Source: Vampirovibrionales bacterium (GTDB lineage Bacteria; Cyanobacteriota; Vampirovibrionia; Vampirovibrionales; JAJTHC01). From it: a DNA stretch of 64,000 nt. The stretch is taken from contig JAYKHY010000029.1 of NCBI GenBank assembly GCA_035285025.1, positions 10,955-74,954 of the forward strand, given 5' to 3'. Below, piece by piece: positions 48,232-58,013 of the stretch (position 1 is the stretch's first letter; each line of letters opens with the position of its first letter). The notes beneath the pieces are model-generated. The model was not told where the DNA came from, ran no database searches, and saw nothing but the letters and a program-made list of their open reading frames with translations. Position numbers and translations under genes: made by a program.

Positions 48232-49247
48232 TGCCCCAATCTCCTCATAAGTGCTATTTGTTTTAAATAGCAATACCTTGCTTATTTGCCTAAACAGTGC
48301 GCGCCCAAAATCAGGCAGCGCCCCATGGCAAGCTGACACGACGTATTTTTGCTTCCCACTTCAATCTTCTTAAAAACCAAGTTCTAAACAAAAAATTCGA
48401 AAAAAATAAATTGAACTTGGATGCATTAAAAGAATTGTTTTTAATTTAAAAAGTTTAGTTTTTCTTGATTCTGGCGTCCATTCGATTCTTGAACAAGAGC
48501 GCTAATACCGCGTCACAGCATCGATTAAAGATTATTTTAAATTCGTTTATCAAAAATGTTAATAACGCGTCTAGTCTTCTCGTTATAATTTACTGCGATG
48601 ATTTTTTATATTTTTTCTCGCTTTATTCTCTCAATTTTTATTCTCTCAAATTTTTCGGTCTCTAGTCTTTCTCCATGATATTTTTTTCTCTAGTCTCTCT
48701 CTGTTCGTGCTCACTCGTTAACGTTTTTAATGGCTCTTATCTATTCATTCAGGTGAATGCTTTATATCCCTTTTGATACGTAAATAAAAACAGCCTAAAT
48801 TGCGTTCTTGCTTTAAAATTGCAAGCTTAAGCTTTGTTTTAGGAGTGTAAATAAAATAAAAACACGTTTTTTAGTAGCCAAATGGCCCGAGTTTTTATCT
48901 GGGTTACCTTTGAGGTTGAATAAAACAGCCGATGCGGCTTAACGCACGTTTGTCGGTTGACAGGCGTTTATGCTACTTTAAAAGTATTTAAATTAAGGGT
49001 TATAATCTAAACCTGCAAAACAAGGCGCTGGCCTTGATGTTTTAGATGATTTAATCAAATTTTCTGGGTTCGCGCTGATTATTCAATGGTATGTCAACTG
49101 TTTCGATAACCGTTTGGGCCGATTTGTTAAATCAATAGCATCACTAAAATGCATATCTTGCAGATATGTTTGTACGCTAAAAAACAGCCTTAATTGTAAA
49201 AATTTAGTAAGACGTTTTACGCTCGTTTTTCTTTAGGAGACGTTTCT

Positions 49248-50735
49248 GTGGGTGTACCCGTTTCAATGCCGGTTCAATCGTCCGAAGATACCGCAACGTT
49301 AGACGCGCTTGCGCAGCGTGCCAGCCATGGCGGGGCCATTGGCGCAGGCGCTAGCCCTAAGCTAATGAGCCTTCCGCAATTACTGATGCTGGCTGTCGGG
49401 ATTATCGGCTTTCAGTTTGCCTGGAGCACCCAAATTGCGCTCTCTAGTCGTGTGCTCGAGCCCTTGGGCGCGGACCCGTTTCTGTTTGGACTCATCTGGT
49501 GTGCGGGCCCTATTACCGGCATGGTTGTGGCACCGCTGGTGGGGATGTGGAGCGACCACACCCTTACGCCGCTGGGTAAGCGCTGGCCGTATGTGCTTGC
49601 GGGCGCTGTTTTGGGCGCGATTGCAATGGTATTGTTCCCGCAATCGCCCAATTTGTGGGTTGCTGCCATCATGATCTGGCTGATTGACGCCTTTATTAAC
49701 ACGGCCCAAGGGCCGTATCGCGCGTTGGTACCCGACATGGTGCCGCGTGCACAGCAAAGTATTGCAAACAGTTATCTGAATTTTGGGGTTGGTACGGGTA
49801 ACGTGATTGCCATGGGCTTTGCGCCGCTTGCGCTCGCGATGCTTGGGCAAGAAATCCCGATTCAGTCCCAGTATGTGATTTCGGCGGTGGTGCTTGCGGG
49901 TATTACGATTTTAACCGCGCTGTTTGTCAAGGAAAAGCCGGCGTCCGCACAAGCGTCGGTTGACACCATTGGCGCCGAGCCTGCGCCTGCCATTACGGCG
50001 GGGATTGATGCGGATAAAGCCATCGGCAAGGCAACGCCCGGCGTGGCGCAAATGTTTAAAAACTTTGCCGCCGCCAGTCCCGAGATTCATAAAATTTCGG
50101 CGGTGCAGTTCTTTACATGGGTCGCCTTGATGGGCATGTTTATTTATTTAACACCTTATGTCACACATCACGTGTTTAAAGTGCCCGATTTGACTCGTCC
50201 GGAGTTGTTTAGTGCAGCTCAGATGGCTGGCTTTAAAACGCTCGAAAAAACCGCAACCAACACAACGCAACAGGCGTTTGCTGCCTTTAACCTAGTGTGC
50301 TTACTCCTCTCGTTACCGCTGGGGTATTTAACCACCAAGTTCGGGAAAAAGCCGGTGCTCAGCTTTGCCCTGCTTACTATGGCCGCCGGCTTCCTGACGG
50401 CGCCGTTTATCAGCACGCCGCTTCAGGTTATTGCCATGCTGGCGTGTGCCGGGGTGGCCTGGGCAACAACGCTGTCAATCCCGTTTTCAATCTTGTGTGA
50501 TCATATGCCTAAAGGCCAAGAAGGCAGCATTATGGGCATGTTTAACGTATTTGTGGCCGCGCCGCAGCTGATTAGCGCAATTGCCGTTGGCTGGGTTATT
50601 AATCAAATGCCGGTGGCTTTGCCGGTGGGCTATACCCACGCCTGGTGGCTGCCGTTTACGGTGGGCACGGTAAGCCTTATTATTGCTGTGGGCGTTTTGC
50701 AAACCATTAAAGAACATAAACCCCTCCGCGCTTAG
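49248..50735 (+). CDS. MFS transporter, GPH/sucrose-transporter-like family
   Basis: It has twelve predicted TM segments. The start is a GTG 8 nt after AGGAGA. A D-x-x-x-R-type loop occurs after TM2, and the central loop is long and hydrophilic. Confidence 0.7.
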   Translation: MGVPVSMPVQSSEDTATLDALAQRASHGGAIGAGASPKLMSLPQLLMLAVGIIGFQFAWSTQIALSSRVLEPLGADPFLFGLIWCAGPITGMVVAPLVGMWSDHTLTPLGKRWPYVLAGAVLGAIAMVLFPQSPNLWVAAIMIWLIDAFINTAQGPYRALVPDMVPRAQQSIANSYLNFGVGTGNVIAMGFAPLALAMLGQEIPIQSQYVISAVVLAGITILTALFVKEKPASAQASVDTIGAEPAPAITAGIDADKAIGKATPGVAQMFKNFAAASPEIHKISAVQFFTWVALMGMFIYLTPYVTHHVFKVPDLTRPELFSAAQMAGFKTLEKTATNTTQQAFAAFNLVCLLLSLPLGYLTTKFGKKPVLSFALLTMAAGFLTAPFISTPLQVIAMLACAGVAWATTLSIPFSILCDHMPKGQEGSIMGMFNVFVAAPQLISAIAVGWVINQMPVALPVGYTHAWWLPFTVGTVSLIIAVGVLQTIKEHKPLRA

Positions 50736-51085
50736 TGTTGGCCCTGGTTATGCCTGAAAACGCTTTTTAGGCGTGACGTTTAGTGTGTTGCGCTTAAAAA
50801 ATAATGGTGCAAGCTTGCTTCTGGGCGCGAACAAAAATCAGGCATATTCCATTTGTAAAAAGCTGCTATAATAGTGTTAAGTGTTCGTGTTGGGAGCGTT
50901 TCGACTAATCAAACAAAAAACGTTTTGTAGACACGGTCGCGTTTTAATGTAATAACCAAATCAAACGACGTTGGCTTCTATCTCCTGGTTTAAATGTTTC
51001 TGGATAGACCGTACCGAGTTTGCGTTAATCAACCTTGTGTTCTTCTTATCCAGATATATACACATTCCAGTAGAAAGGGGCCTCA

Positions 51086-51412
51086 ATGGCAATCCAAGAA
51101 ATCACGTGTACTGCTTGTAGTGCGGTTTTTGAGTTTACCGACGAAGAGCAGTCGTTTTACGAAGCGAAAGGCTTTACGCCCCCGCGTAAGTGCAAGCCTT
51201 GCCGTGACGCCGCAAAAGCAGAGCGTCGTGGCGGTGGCGGCTACGGTGGTGGCGGCTACGGTGGCGGTGGCTACGGTGGCGGACGTCCTCCTCGCGAAAT
51301 GCACGATGCGGTTTGCGCGGGTTGCGGTGTACAAACGCAAGTCCCCTTCCGTCCGAATGGCATGAAGCCGGTGTATTGCCGCAATTGCTTCCAGCCAGCA
51401 GCACGCTACTAA
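51086..51412 (+). CDS. Double zinc-ribbon protein (zf-trcl-like) with a GGGGY-repeat linker
   Basis: Two C-x2-C…C-x2-C ribbons (ITCTACS…CKPCR and AVCAGCG…CRNCF) are separated by RRGGGGYGGGGYGGGGYGGGR, which is encoded by 15-bp tandem repeats. Confidence 0.7.
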   Translation: MAIQEITCTACSAVFEFTDEEQSFYEAKGFTPPRKCKPCRDAAKAERRGGGGYGGGGYGGGGYGGGRPPREMHDAVCAGCGVQTQVPFRPNGMKPVYCRNCFQPAARY

Positions 51413-51614
51413 ATAGTTTTAAAAACGTTACGGCAAGCCTAATCGCGTTTTAAATGTGGTTTACGGCTTGCCGTGATTTTTGAGTTATTTTAAGCGCAGT
51501 TTTTCGGGAATTGATACAAAGTACTCCCGATGCTAACTGCTCCCGTTAACAGAGTGCCAAGCCCTTAACCTGCTAGTTGCGCCTAGGGCGGCCTGTTTGC
51601 CAGAAAGGACACCT

Positions 51615-51768
51615 TGTGCCTAAAAATAAGCAAAAACAAGAAAAAGCCAAACGTAATGCCGAATACGCAAAAAAATATCGTAAGCGCACGCCCTCCCGGT
51701 TTGCCCGTAAGCCCGGCTTCGGCGGCCCCCGTAGCGGCTCCGACAATGACGCTTCTGTCCCGTCATAA
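51615..51768 (+). CDS. Possible small, highly basic protein (~50 aa) with a GTG start
   Basis: GAAAGGA lies 7 nt upstream of the GTG. The sequence is Lys/Arg-rich (VPKNKQKQEKAKRNAEYAKKYRKR…). It could equally be non-coding. Confidence 0.25.
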
Positions 51769-51848
51769 GCGCGTACTAACCCACTTTTAAGTCAGTTTTA
51801 GCCGGTTTTTGTTCTTTTGGAATCTTGGATTCCAGATGCGTGAACTAA

Positions 51849-52508
51849 ATGAGTGAATACTTGGCTTCCGAACTGGGCGCAATTGCGCCAAATCGTCTCC
51901 ATCCGCCTTCGGTATCTGTAAGGCCCCTGTGCCCAAAAGATAACGAGGCGATGCGAGACATTATTACCGCAAGCCTCCAAGAGTTTGGCTGTTCTGGGCA
52001 AGGCTTTTCAGCCCTAGACCCGGAGATGGACGACCTGTACACGGCGTATCAACGTTTGGGTTGGCGTTACTGGGTTGCGGAAGATACTGAAACGGGTCAG
52101 CTACTTGGCGGCGTAGGGCTTTATCCGCTCAAAGGCCTTGATGCGCGCTATGGTGTCGCCGAATTCCATAAATTCTACCTTTCGCCTGACGCCCGTGGCA
52201 AAGGCGTTGGCAAGGCGCTGTATAAGGCGGCGCTTGGCTATGCCGTAGCAAGCCAATACCGCTGGATGTACCTGGAGACGCACCCGAATATGACGCAAGC
52301 TATTGCGCTGTACGAAAAATGGGGCTTCCACCGCCTGCCGTTGCGTATGGGCGGCACGGGTCACAGCGGCTTTAGTGTGTTTATGATTCGCAGTTTAAAC
52401 GCCAACGCGCCCGTTAAGCGCAGCTTAAAATCGATTTCGCAAGCCATTACCGCTGCACGTGCGGGGCTCGCTAATCAATCCCTCGCTAATCAATCCATTA
52501 CAGAGTAA
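51849..52508 (+). CDS. GNAT family N-acetyltransferase
   Basis: The acetyl-CoA-binding motif RGKGVGKALYKAAL (Q/RxxGxG/A) and the GNAT fold pattern are present. Confidence 0.75.
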   Translation: MSEYLASELGAIAPNRLHPPSVSVRPLCPKDNEAMRDIITASLQEFGCSGQGFSALDPEMDDLYTAYQRLGWRYWVAEDTETGQLLGGVGLYPLKGLDARYGVAEFHKFYLSPDARGKGVGKALYKAALGYAVASQYRWMYLETHPNMTQAIALYEKWGFHRLPLRMGGTGHSGFSVFMIRSLNANAPVKRSLKSISQAITAARAGLANQSLANQSITE

Positions 52509-52703
52509 TGCGCCAGTCAAGAACCGTTATCTGATAAAAGAGAGCTTCTTAATCGCAATCGCGCGTGCCTGCCTTTCCCTGGCTACAGGCCCTTCGAGTC
52601 AAGCGGATTCAAGGCTTGTTTTAACCTTAAACAATATGGACTAAGGGCGTTTAAACAGAGGGCGTTTAAACATTATTATGTGGTTATTGATTGACTGAGC
52701 CGG

Positions 52704-53768
52704 TTACAGGCGGCCCGTATCCCACTGTGAACGGATGTTGGCGGGTTCGAGCAAGCGATTGAGCTCATCGCGTGTTGGCAGCTCGCTGAGGCCCTGCTGG
52801 CGGTACAAGTAAAGCCCCGCCGTAATAACACCCCGTTGCGCGCATGCCAGCAAGCTTTGGCGTTGCGCCAGGCCCGCAATCAGGCCGCCGTTAAACGCGT
52901 CGCCCGCGCCAATGGCGTCCAGTGAGCCAATGGCGGGCGGTAAGGATTCTGGCCAATAGGCTGGAATCGTCATGGTTTCGCCCCTAAAACGAATATAGCA
53001 CCCTTCGTCTGCCGCTTTTAATATCACCAGCGGAACGCCCTGATAACTTAAATAATCCAGTACCTGCTCGGGTTGGGTTAAGTTACACAGCGGCCTGCAA
53101 TCGCCGGGGGTGCTTAGGCTTAAAACGTCGGTCAGTGGTAAAATCTGGGCCATCGCTTCCAGGTACTTCGAGGTTTTTTGCCATAAATCCGGGCGGTAAT
53201 TCGGATCAAACACCGTGGTCCAGCCAGCCGCGCGAGCGTGTTTAAAGCCGTGCAACACGGTTTTACGCGCAGATTCCGAAATTGCCATCGAGATGCCCGA
53301 GGCAAAAAGAATGCCCGGAGTTTTAGGGCTAAATGCGTTTTCGGGCAGGTCATCTGGGCACAACAGCGCGCTGGCACTGTTTTTACGGTAATACACAAAT
53401 GCCGAGACATCGGCATTGCCCCGCGCACGAATCACCAAACCGGTGCTGCACCCCTGCGGCCCCTGGGTTTCCATGAAACGCTGCGTTGGCCAGCTGATGT
53501 TTTCTTTGGCTAATAAATCGGCAATGCCTTGCCCAAACGGATCCGCGGCAAGTCGCGTCACCAAGCTGGTAGGAATCGTTTGTCGCGCTACCGCAACTGC
53601 AGTCGTAAGCACATCGCCGCTGTAGCGCTTGGTAAATTCAAATTCGCTCTGCACGCTTTCTCGAGACAAAAGCTCGGTGAGTGGCTCACCGATGATGACC
53701 ACAGGCATGGGCAACGCGTGCATTTTGTTCGCACCCGGCTTGGGCCCCTCATTTGGCCTCTCGTACAT
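52704..53768 (-). CDS. PfkB-family carbohydrate kinase (ribokinase/KdgK-like)
   Basis: The C-terminal DAIGAGDAFNGGLIAGL motif (PfkB signature 2) and an N-terminal GG-containing region are present. Confidence 0.8.
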   Translation of the reverse strand: MYERPNEGPKPGANKMHALPMPVVIIGEPLTELLSRESVQSEFEFTKRYSGDVLTTAVAVARQTIPTSLVTRLAADPFGQGIADLLAKENISWPTQRFMETQGPQGCSTGLVIRARGNADVSAFVYYRKNSASALLCPDDLPENAFSPKTPGILFASGISMAISESARKTVLHGFKHARAAGWTTVFDPNYRPDLWQKTSKYLEAMAQILPLTDVLSLSTPGDCRPLCNLTQPEQVLDYLSYQGVPLVILKAADEGCYIRFRGETMTIPAYWPESLPPAIGSLDAIGAGDAFNGGLIAGLAQRQSLLACAQRGVITAGLYLYRQQGLSELPTRDELNRLLEPANIRSQWDTGRL

Positions 53769-54355
53769 AGCGGTTTACCCTTGTCAGAACAAATGGCGTA
53801 ATCTAACGATTAGTGACTCAATACGCTACAAGCTGGTCTTAAAGTTTGTCTTAAAAATTATTTAAGCACATGGCGCTTAAAATGGAACAGGCGTTTTTTC
53901 GAGTTTACAAATTATACCTGGCGCTAAACGGCTCAATTGCATTATTGTCTGGCGGTCATGCAGAATCAATCCCTATACTTTTTTTAAAAATGGTGAGTCG
54001 TTCATTTTTTTTGAGTGTCCATCATTCTAAGGAGTAGGCTGTTCCAACCCTCGCGTTTCTTCTCTAAGCTTTAACAGTAGCAGACTTACTGTCTGTAGAC
54101 TTTTGATTAAGATGCGGTTTAAAGCGCCGTTATTTTAACGGAAAAAAGTACTTCGCTCGAATACGGGCTCTCGCGGTCGTGCGCTTACGATATCAAGATT
54201 TTATTTGAATCCTGAATATTGTTTGTCGTTCGCGCTAAAATTAAGCAGATAAAGGTTCTTGCCAGAAAGCCGCTGCGCAAAAAATCTTGCCTGCGCTTTT
54301 AATGGGCTTCGACCAGACAAATTTAGAAATAGCGGCAAGCTTCTGAGATAATTTT

Positions 54356-55558
54356 ATGATGACGACGCAACTCCAACCGCCCCAAACGTTAACAGATGGC
54401 GCGACGCCCGAGTTTTCTCAGGGGCCTATCCCCATGCTAGATTTAAAACGCCAGTACGCGCTCCTCAAGCCTGCACTAGATGATGCAATGCTGAGCGTAC
54501 TGGGTAGCGGCCAATATATTCTGGGGCCGCAAGTGCAAGCCTTTGAGCAAGAGGCCGCAGCGTTTTGCCAAACCAGGCATGCCATTGGCGTCGCCTCGGG
54601 GACTGATGCGCTTTACCTGGCTTTGCGCGCGCTAAATATTGGCCCGGGCGATGAAGTGATTACCACGGCGTTTTCGTACATTGCAACCTCCGAGGCGATT
54701 GCGCAAACCGGCGCGATTCCTGTTTTTGCAGACATTGAGCCGCTAACACCCGCCAGTAGCTTCAACCTGAATCTCGAAGCGCTTGAAGCGCTGATCACCC
54801 CGCGTACGCGCGCCATTTTACCTGTACATCTTTTTGGATTGCCCGTGCCCATGGTGCCGCTTATGGCGCTCGCTAAAAAACATCAGCTTGCCGTGATCGA
54901 AGATTGCGCGCAAGCAATGGGTGCCACGTGCCTGAATCAGGACGGAACCCCGCAACCCGTGGGTAGCTTTGGCGATTTTGGCTGCTTTAGCTTCTTCCCG
55001 ACTAAAAATCTGGGTGCGGCGGGCGATGGGGGCCTGGTGACCACGCAGCAGGATGCCTTGAACGATCAGCTGCGTATGCTTCGGGCGCACGGCAGTAAGC
55101 AGCGCTATTATCACGAGGTGGCAGGGCTAAACAGTCGTCTGGATGAGCTGCAGGCCGCGTTACTTCGGATTAAGCTGCCCTATTTAAGCCAATGGAACTT
55201 GCGCCGGCGCGCGATTGCTGCGCAGTATTCACAAGCGGTATCGGGTCTGCAAGATCTGGTTACGCCGATTGAAACGCCTGACACGAACCACGTGTATCAC
55301 CAGTATACGATTTTATTGCATGAAAATAAGCGCGAGCAGGTGCAGGCTGCGTTGGCCGCAAACCAGATTGCCAGCATGATTTATTACCCTGTGCCGCTGC
55401 ACTTGCAAGGCACACATAAGCCGTTGGGGTATCAAAGCGGCGATTTACCTCAGATTGAGGCGGCTGCGTCACGTGTGTTGAGTTTGCCGATTTTTCCGGA
55501 GTTAACTGAGGCCGAAATTTTGCGAATTGCGACAACCATTAAGCATGCTTTAAGCTAG
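54356..55558 (+). CDS. DegT/DnrJ/EryC1/StrS-family PLP-dependent sugar aminotransferase
   Basis: The PLP-lysine region is GCFSFFPTKNLGAAGDGG, and the fold-type I pattern and 400-aa length fit the family. Confidence 0.85.
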   Translation: MMTTQLQPPQTLTDGATPEFSQGPIPMLDLKRQYALLKPALDDAMLSVLGSGQYILGPQVQAFEQEAAAFCQTRHAIGVASGTDALYLALRALNIGPGDEVITTAFSYIATSEAIAQTGAIPVFADIEPLTPASSFNLNLEALEALITPRTRAILPVHLFGLPVPMVPLMALAKKHQLAVIEDCAQAMGATCLNQDGTPQPVGSFGDFGCFSFFPTKNLGAAGDGGLVTTQQDALNDQLRMLRAHGSKQRYYHEVAGLNSRLDELQAALLRIKLPYLSQWNLRRRAIAAQYSQAVSGLQDLVTPIETPDTNHVYHQYTILLHENKREQVQAALAANQIASMIYYPVPLHLQGTHKPLGYQSGDLPQIEAAASRVLSLPIFPELTEAEILRIATTIKHALS

Positions 55559-55707
55559 CCAAGGCTTTACGCGCTGTTTGCGTAAATTAATTTTTGGATT
55601 AGCCTTTTGAGCTAGGCGTTTTATGCAGGTGTTTTCGGGTCAGCACCGGTTTAAACCAATTTATAACCCAATATGTATGAGTTGCTTTTTAAAAAGTACA
55701 ACTAACA

Positions 55708-56223
55708 ATGATAGAAACGTGCCTGCAAAGTAAGCATATTCATACCGGGCCGGTGTTACGCCTGACGCATGATACGGTTCGGTTGCCTGATGGCGAACAG
55801 GCGTTGCGTGAAGTGGCTTGGCACCCGGGCGGCGTGGTGATTTTGCCGCAGTTAACCCCGCAAACCGTGATTCTTGTTGAGCAATTTCGGTATCCAACTG
55901 GGCAAACGCTGCTGGAGTTTCCTGCCGGAAAGTTGAACCTGAATGAGGACCCCTTAGCCGCCGCGAAGCGAGAATTACTGGAAGAAACCGGCTACGAAGC
56001 CGAAGTTTGGACCGCCTTAGGGTTTATATACACCGCGCCTGGGTTTACCAACGAAAAACTTTATTTGTTTAAAGCCAGCCAGTTAACGGCGCACCCTGAC
56101 CCGCCACGAGAACCCGACGAATTTATAGAGCTGCATACGGTTGCAACCGAGACGTTAAAACAATGGCATACTACGGGTAAACTGCTGGATGCGAAGACGT
56201 TGTGTTTACTGCACCATTTGTAA
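55708..56223 (+). CDS. NUDIX hydrolase (ADP-ribose pyrophosphatase-like)
   Basis: It carries the Nudix box GKLNLNEDPLAAAKRELLEETGY. Confidence 0.8.
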   Translation: MIETCLQSKHIHTGPVLRLTHDTVRLPDGEQALREVAWHPGGVVILPQLTPQTVILVEQFRYPTGQTLLEFPAGKLNLNEDPLAAAKRELLEETGYEAEVWTALGFIYTAPGFTNEKLYLFKASQLTAHPDPPREPDEFIELHTVATETLKQWHTTGKLLDAKTLCLLHHL

Positions 56224-56477
56224 GCTTCAAGAAGCCTTAATTGAGCCAGTGATTAGATGTCTCAGTTTTAGACGAAGCTAGGCGTCTGTAGTGAGGTGTT
56301 TGCGTCGTTTGCAAAGTATTGATTTAGAAACCTACGACCTGCCCCATTAATGCAGATTTTACCCAACGCCGTGTCAATTTGCATAATTCATTAAAAATCA
56401 AAACCCTCCGGATGATCGATCGAAGCAATCGTTTTATACGGAGGGCTGTGAATAGAGTGTTTTTTAGATTAACGGAG

Positions 56478-56813
56478 TTATTGCTGTTGACCCAGCAGAC
56501 CCATCGATTTCTGAATGTTTTCGCTGATGATTTTGCGACACTCATCAACCATTTTTGTAATCGAATCACGTTGCGATTGAATCCGGTTAAGGTGCATCTC
56601 AAGCATTTTATCGGCTTGTTGTAGTTGTGCCACGCGCGCTTCAATAAATTTGGCGGCCTCGGTGCCGGGCTCAAGTTTGCTTTGCGTGTTTAATAAACCT
56701 TGCATCATACCGGATAGGTACATGCGGTGCTGTTCCATCGATTGCGCTTCAAATTCAATGTCGCTTTTGCGTGCAACGAGCGCAAAAAGTCTGCCACAAG
56801 TAGATAAGCCCAC
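56478..56813 (-). CDS. Hypothetical coiled-coil protein (111 aa)
   Basis: The ORF is helical and Gln/Met-rich, and it precedes a 1.2-kb non-coding stretch. Confidence 0.3.
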   Translation of the reverse strand: MGLSTCGRLFALVARKSDIEFEAQSMEQHRMYLSGMMQGLLNTQSKLEPGTEAAKFIEARVAQLQQADKMLEMHLNRIQSQRDSITKMVDECRKIISENIQKSMGLLGQQQ

Positions 56814-58013
56814 GGTGTTCGTCTCCGTATTTCTTTAAAAATGGTCTAGCCGTGTTGGTCCAAACAGTAAAGCATTAAAGTTCATCGTAACCCGATGCAC
56901 TGAAAGTGGTTGAGCCCAAAGTCTTGCGTTGGCGTGGTCCCCGTTAAGTCATCACGTCGCTAAGAGTTTATCAGACGTTCAGGCGTGCAAATCAGTGTCT
57001 AAAATGCGGCTGGATATAGTCTTAAACGTTATAAACTGCTCAATGATGCTAAAATAGGAATTTTTTATTAAGAAGTGTTAATTTAACATGGCGTCTAAGA
57101 TTGACACACAGGATATCAAAATTGCCAGGCTGTTGGGCCGTTGGTTAGTATAGCAAGGATCGAGCCATAAAACGGCTTTACCCGCCTAAGCTTGGACTTA
57201 AGCGGGTAAAATGTTATGAAAATTTACAAATTTTAATAGGCTTTATTTATTTTGTGTCCCATTTGTTGGTAAGGGCTGCCTGCAGCCACGTTGTTTTCAA
57301 TCGAGAGCATTTGCTGCTGATACAGCATAAATCTAAAGCGCATCAGCTTCATTTGGCTATTAAACGTTAGTAAATATTGAATCGAGCTAACAATGTTTGA
57401 TGCTATCGCCTCAAGCGGGTTATTACGCTTTAAAAAACTGGCAGATAACTGCATTACTGTTCTCGGATCGGCCATAGCCATAGCAAGGCACCCCTTTGTG
57501 CTACCCAAAAGCAAACGAATACACCATTGCCCGCTTGTAAGCCTAAAACGGCTTAGCCCTCCTTAACCTGCATGGTGTGCGCATCATGCGTGTTAGGCGG
57601 TAGTAAAGCGAGGCAGAAAGAGCAATAAAAGCTCTCAATAATATAAAAACAAAATAAAGGTAAAAATTGCCTTTATTTTAAGAACAATTACAAATGGCAC
57701 CGTTAGGCGGTAGTGGGACAGTTTGTTGGGTTCAACCTCCTGTAGCGAGGGCTCTGGATTTTTACTGGTAAAAAGTGCTATTAAGCGCTATCCCTTGCGC
57801 TCCCTCTCCAAACCAAGCTGACCCAGTATCCAATCAGAGTCTAAAAAGCGACTAAAAAAAATCAGCCCGTCGGCTGGCCTGGATGATTCAATACCTCAAT
57901 GCCAAGGCAGATCTGGCCAGCGCGCTCACGACCTGTAGCAAGCTGATTAGCCCTTAGATAGGCGCTAAAGCCAAGTTTTCAGCTAACCTTCCAGAAGAAC
58001 CCTAAAGATAGGG

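Noticed and set aside
47377-48339. Longer 320-aa version of the Q/N-rich ORF
   Set aside because: The extra 36 N-terminal residues lack an RBS. The internal ATG at 48231 is preceded by GAGGAG at optimal spacing.
56814-58013. tmRNA or RNase P RNA in the long non-coding stretch
   Set aside because: I searched by eye for the tmRNA 3' tRNA-like end (GGTTCGA(A/T)TCC…CCA), for the ANDENYALAA-type tag frame, and for the RNase P GGUAAGGG…GAAAGGGUG core. None was present on either strand.
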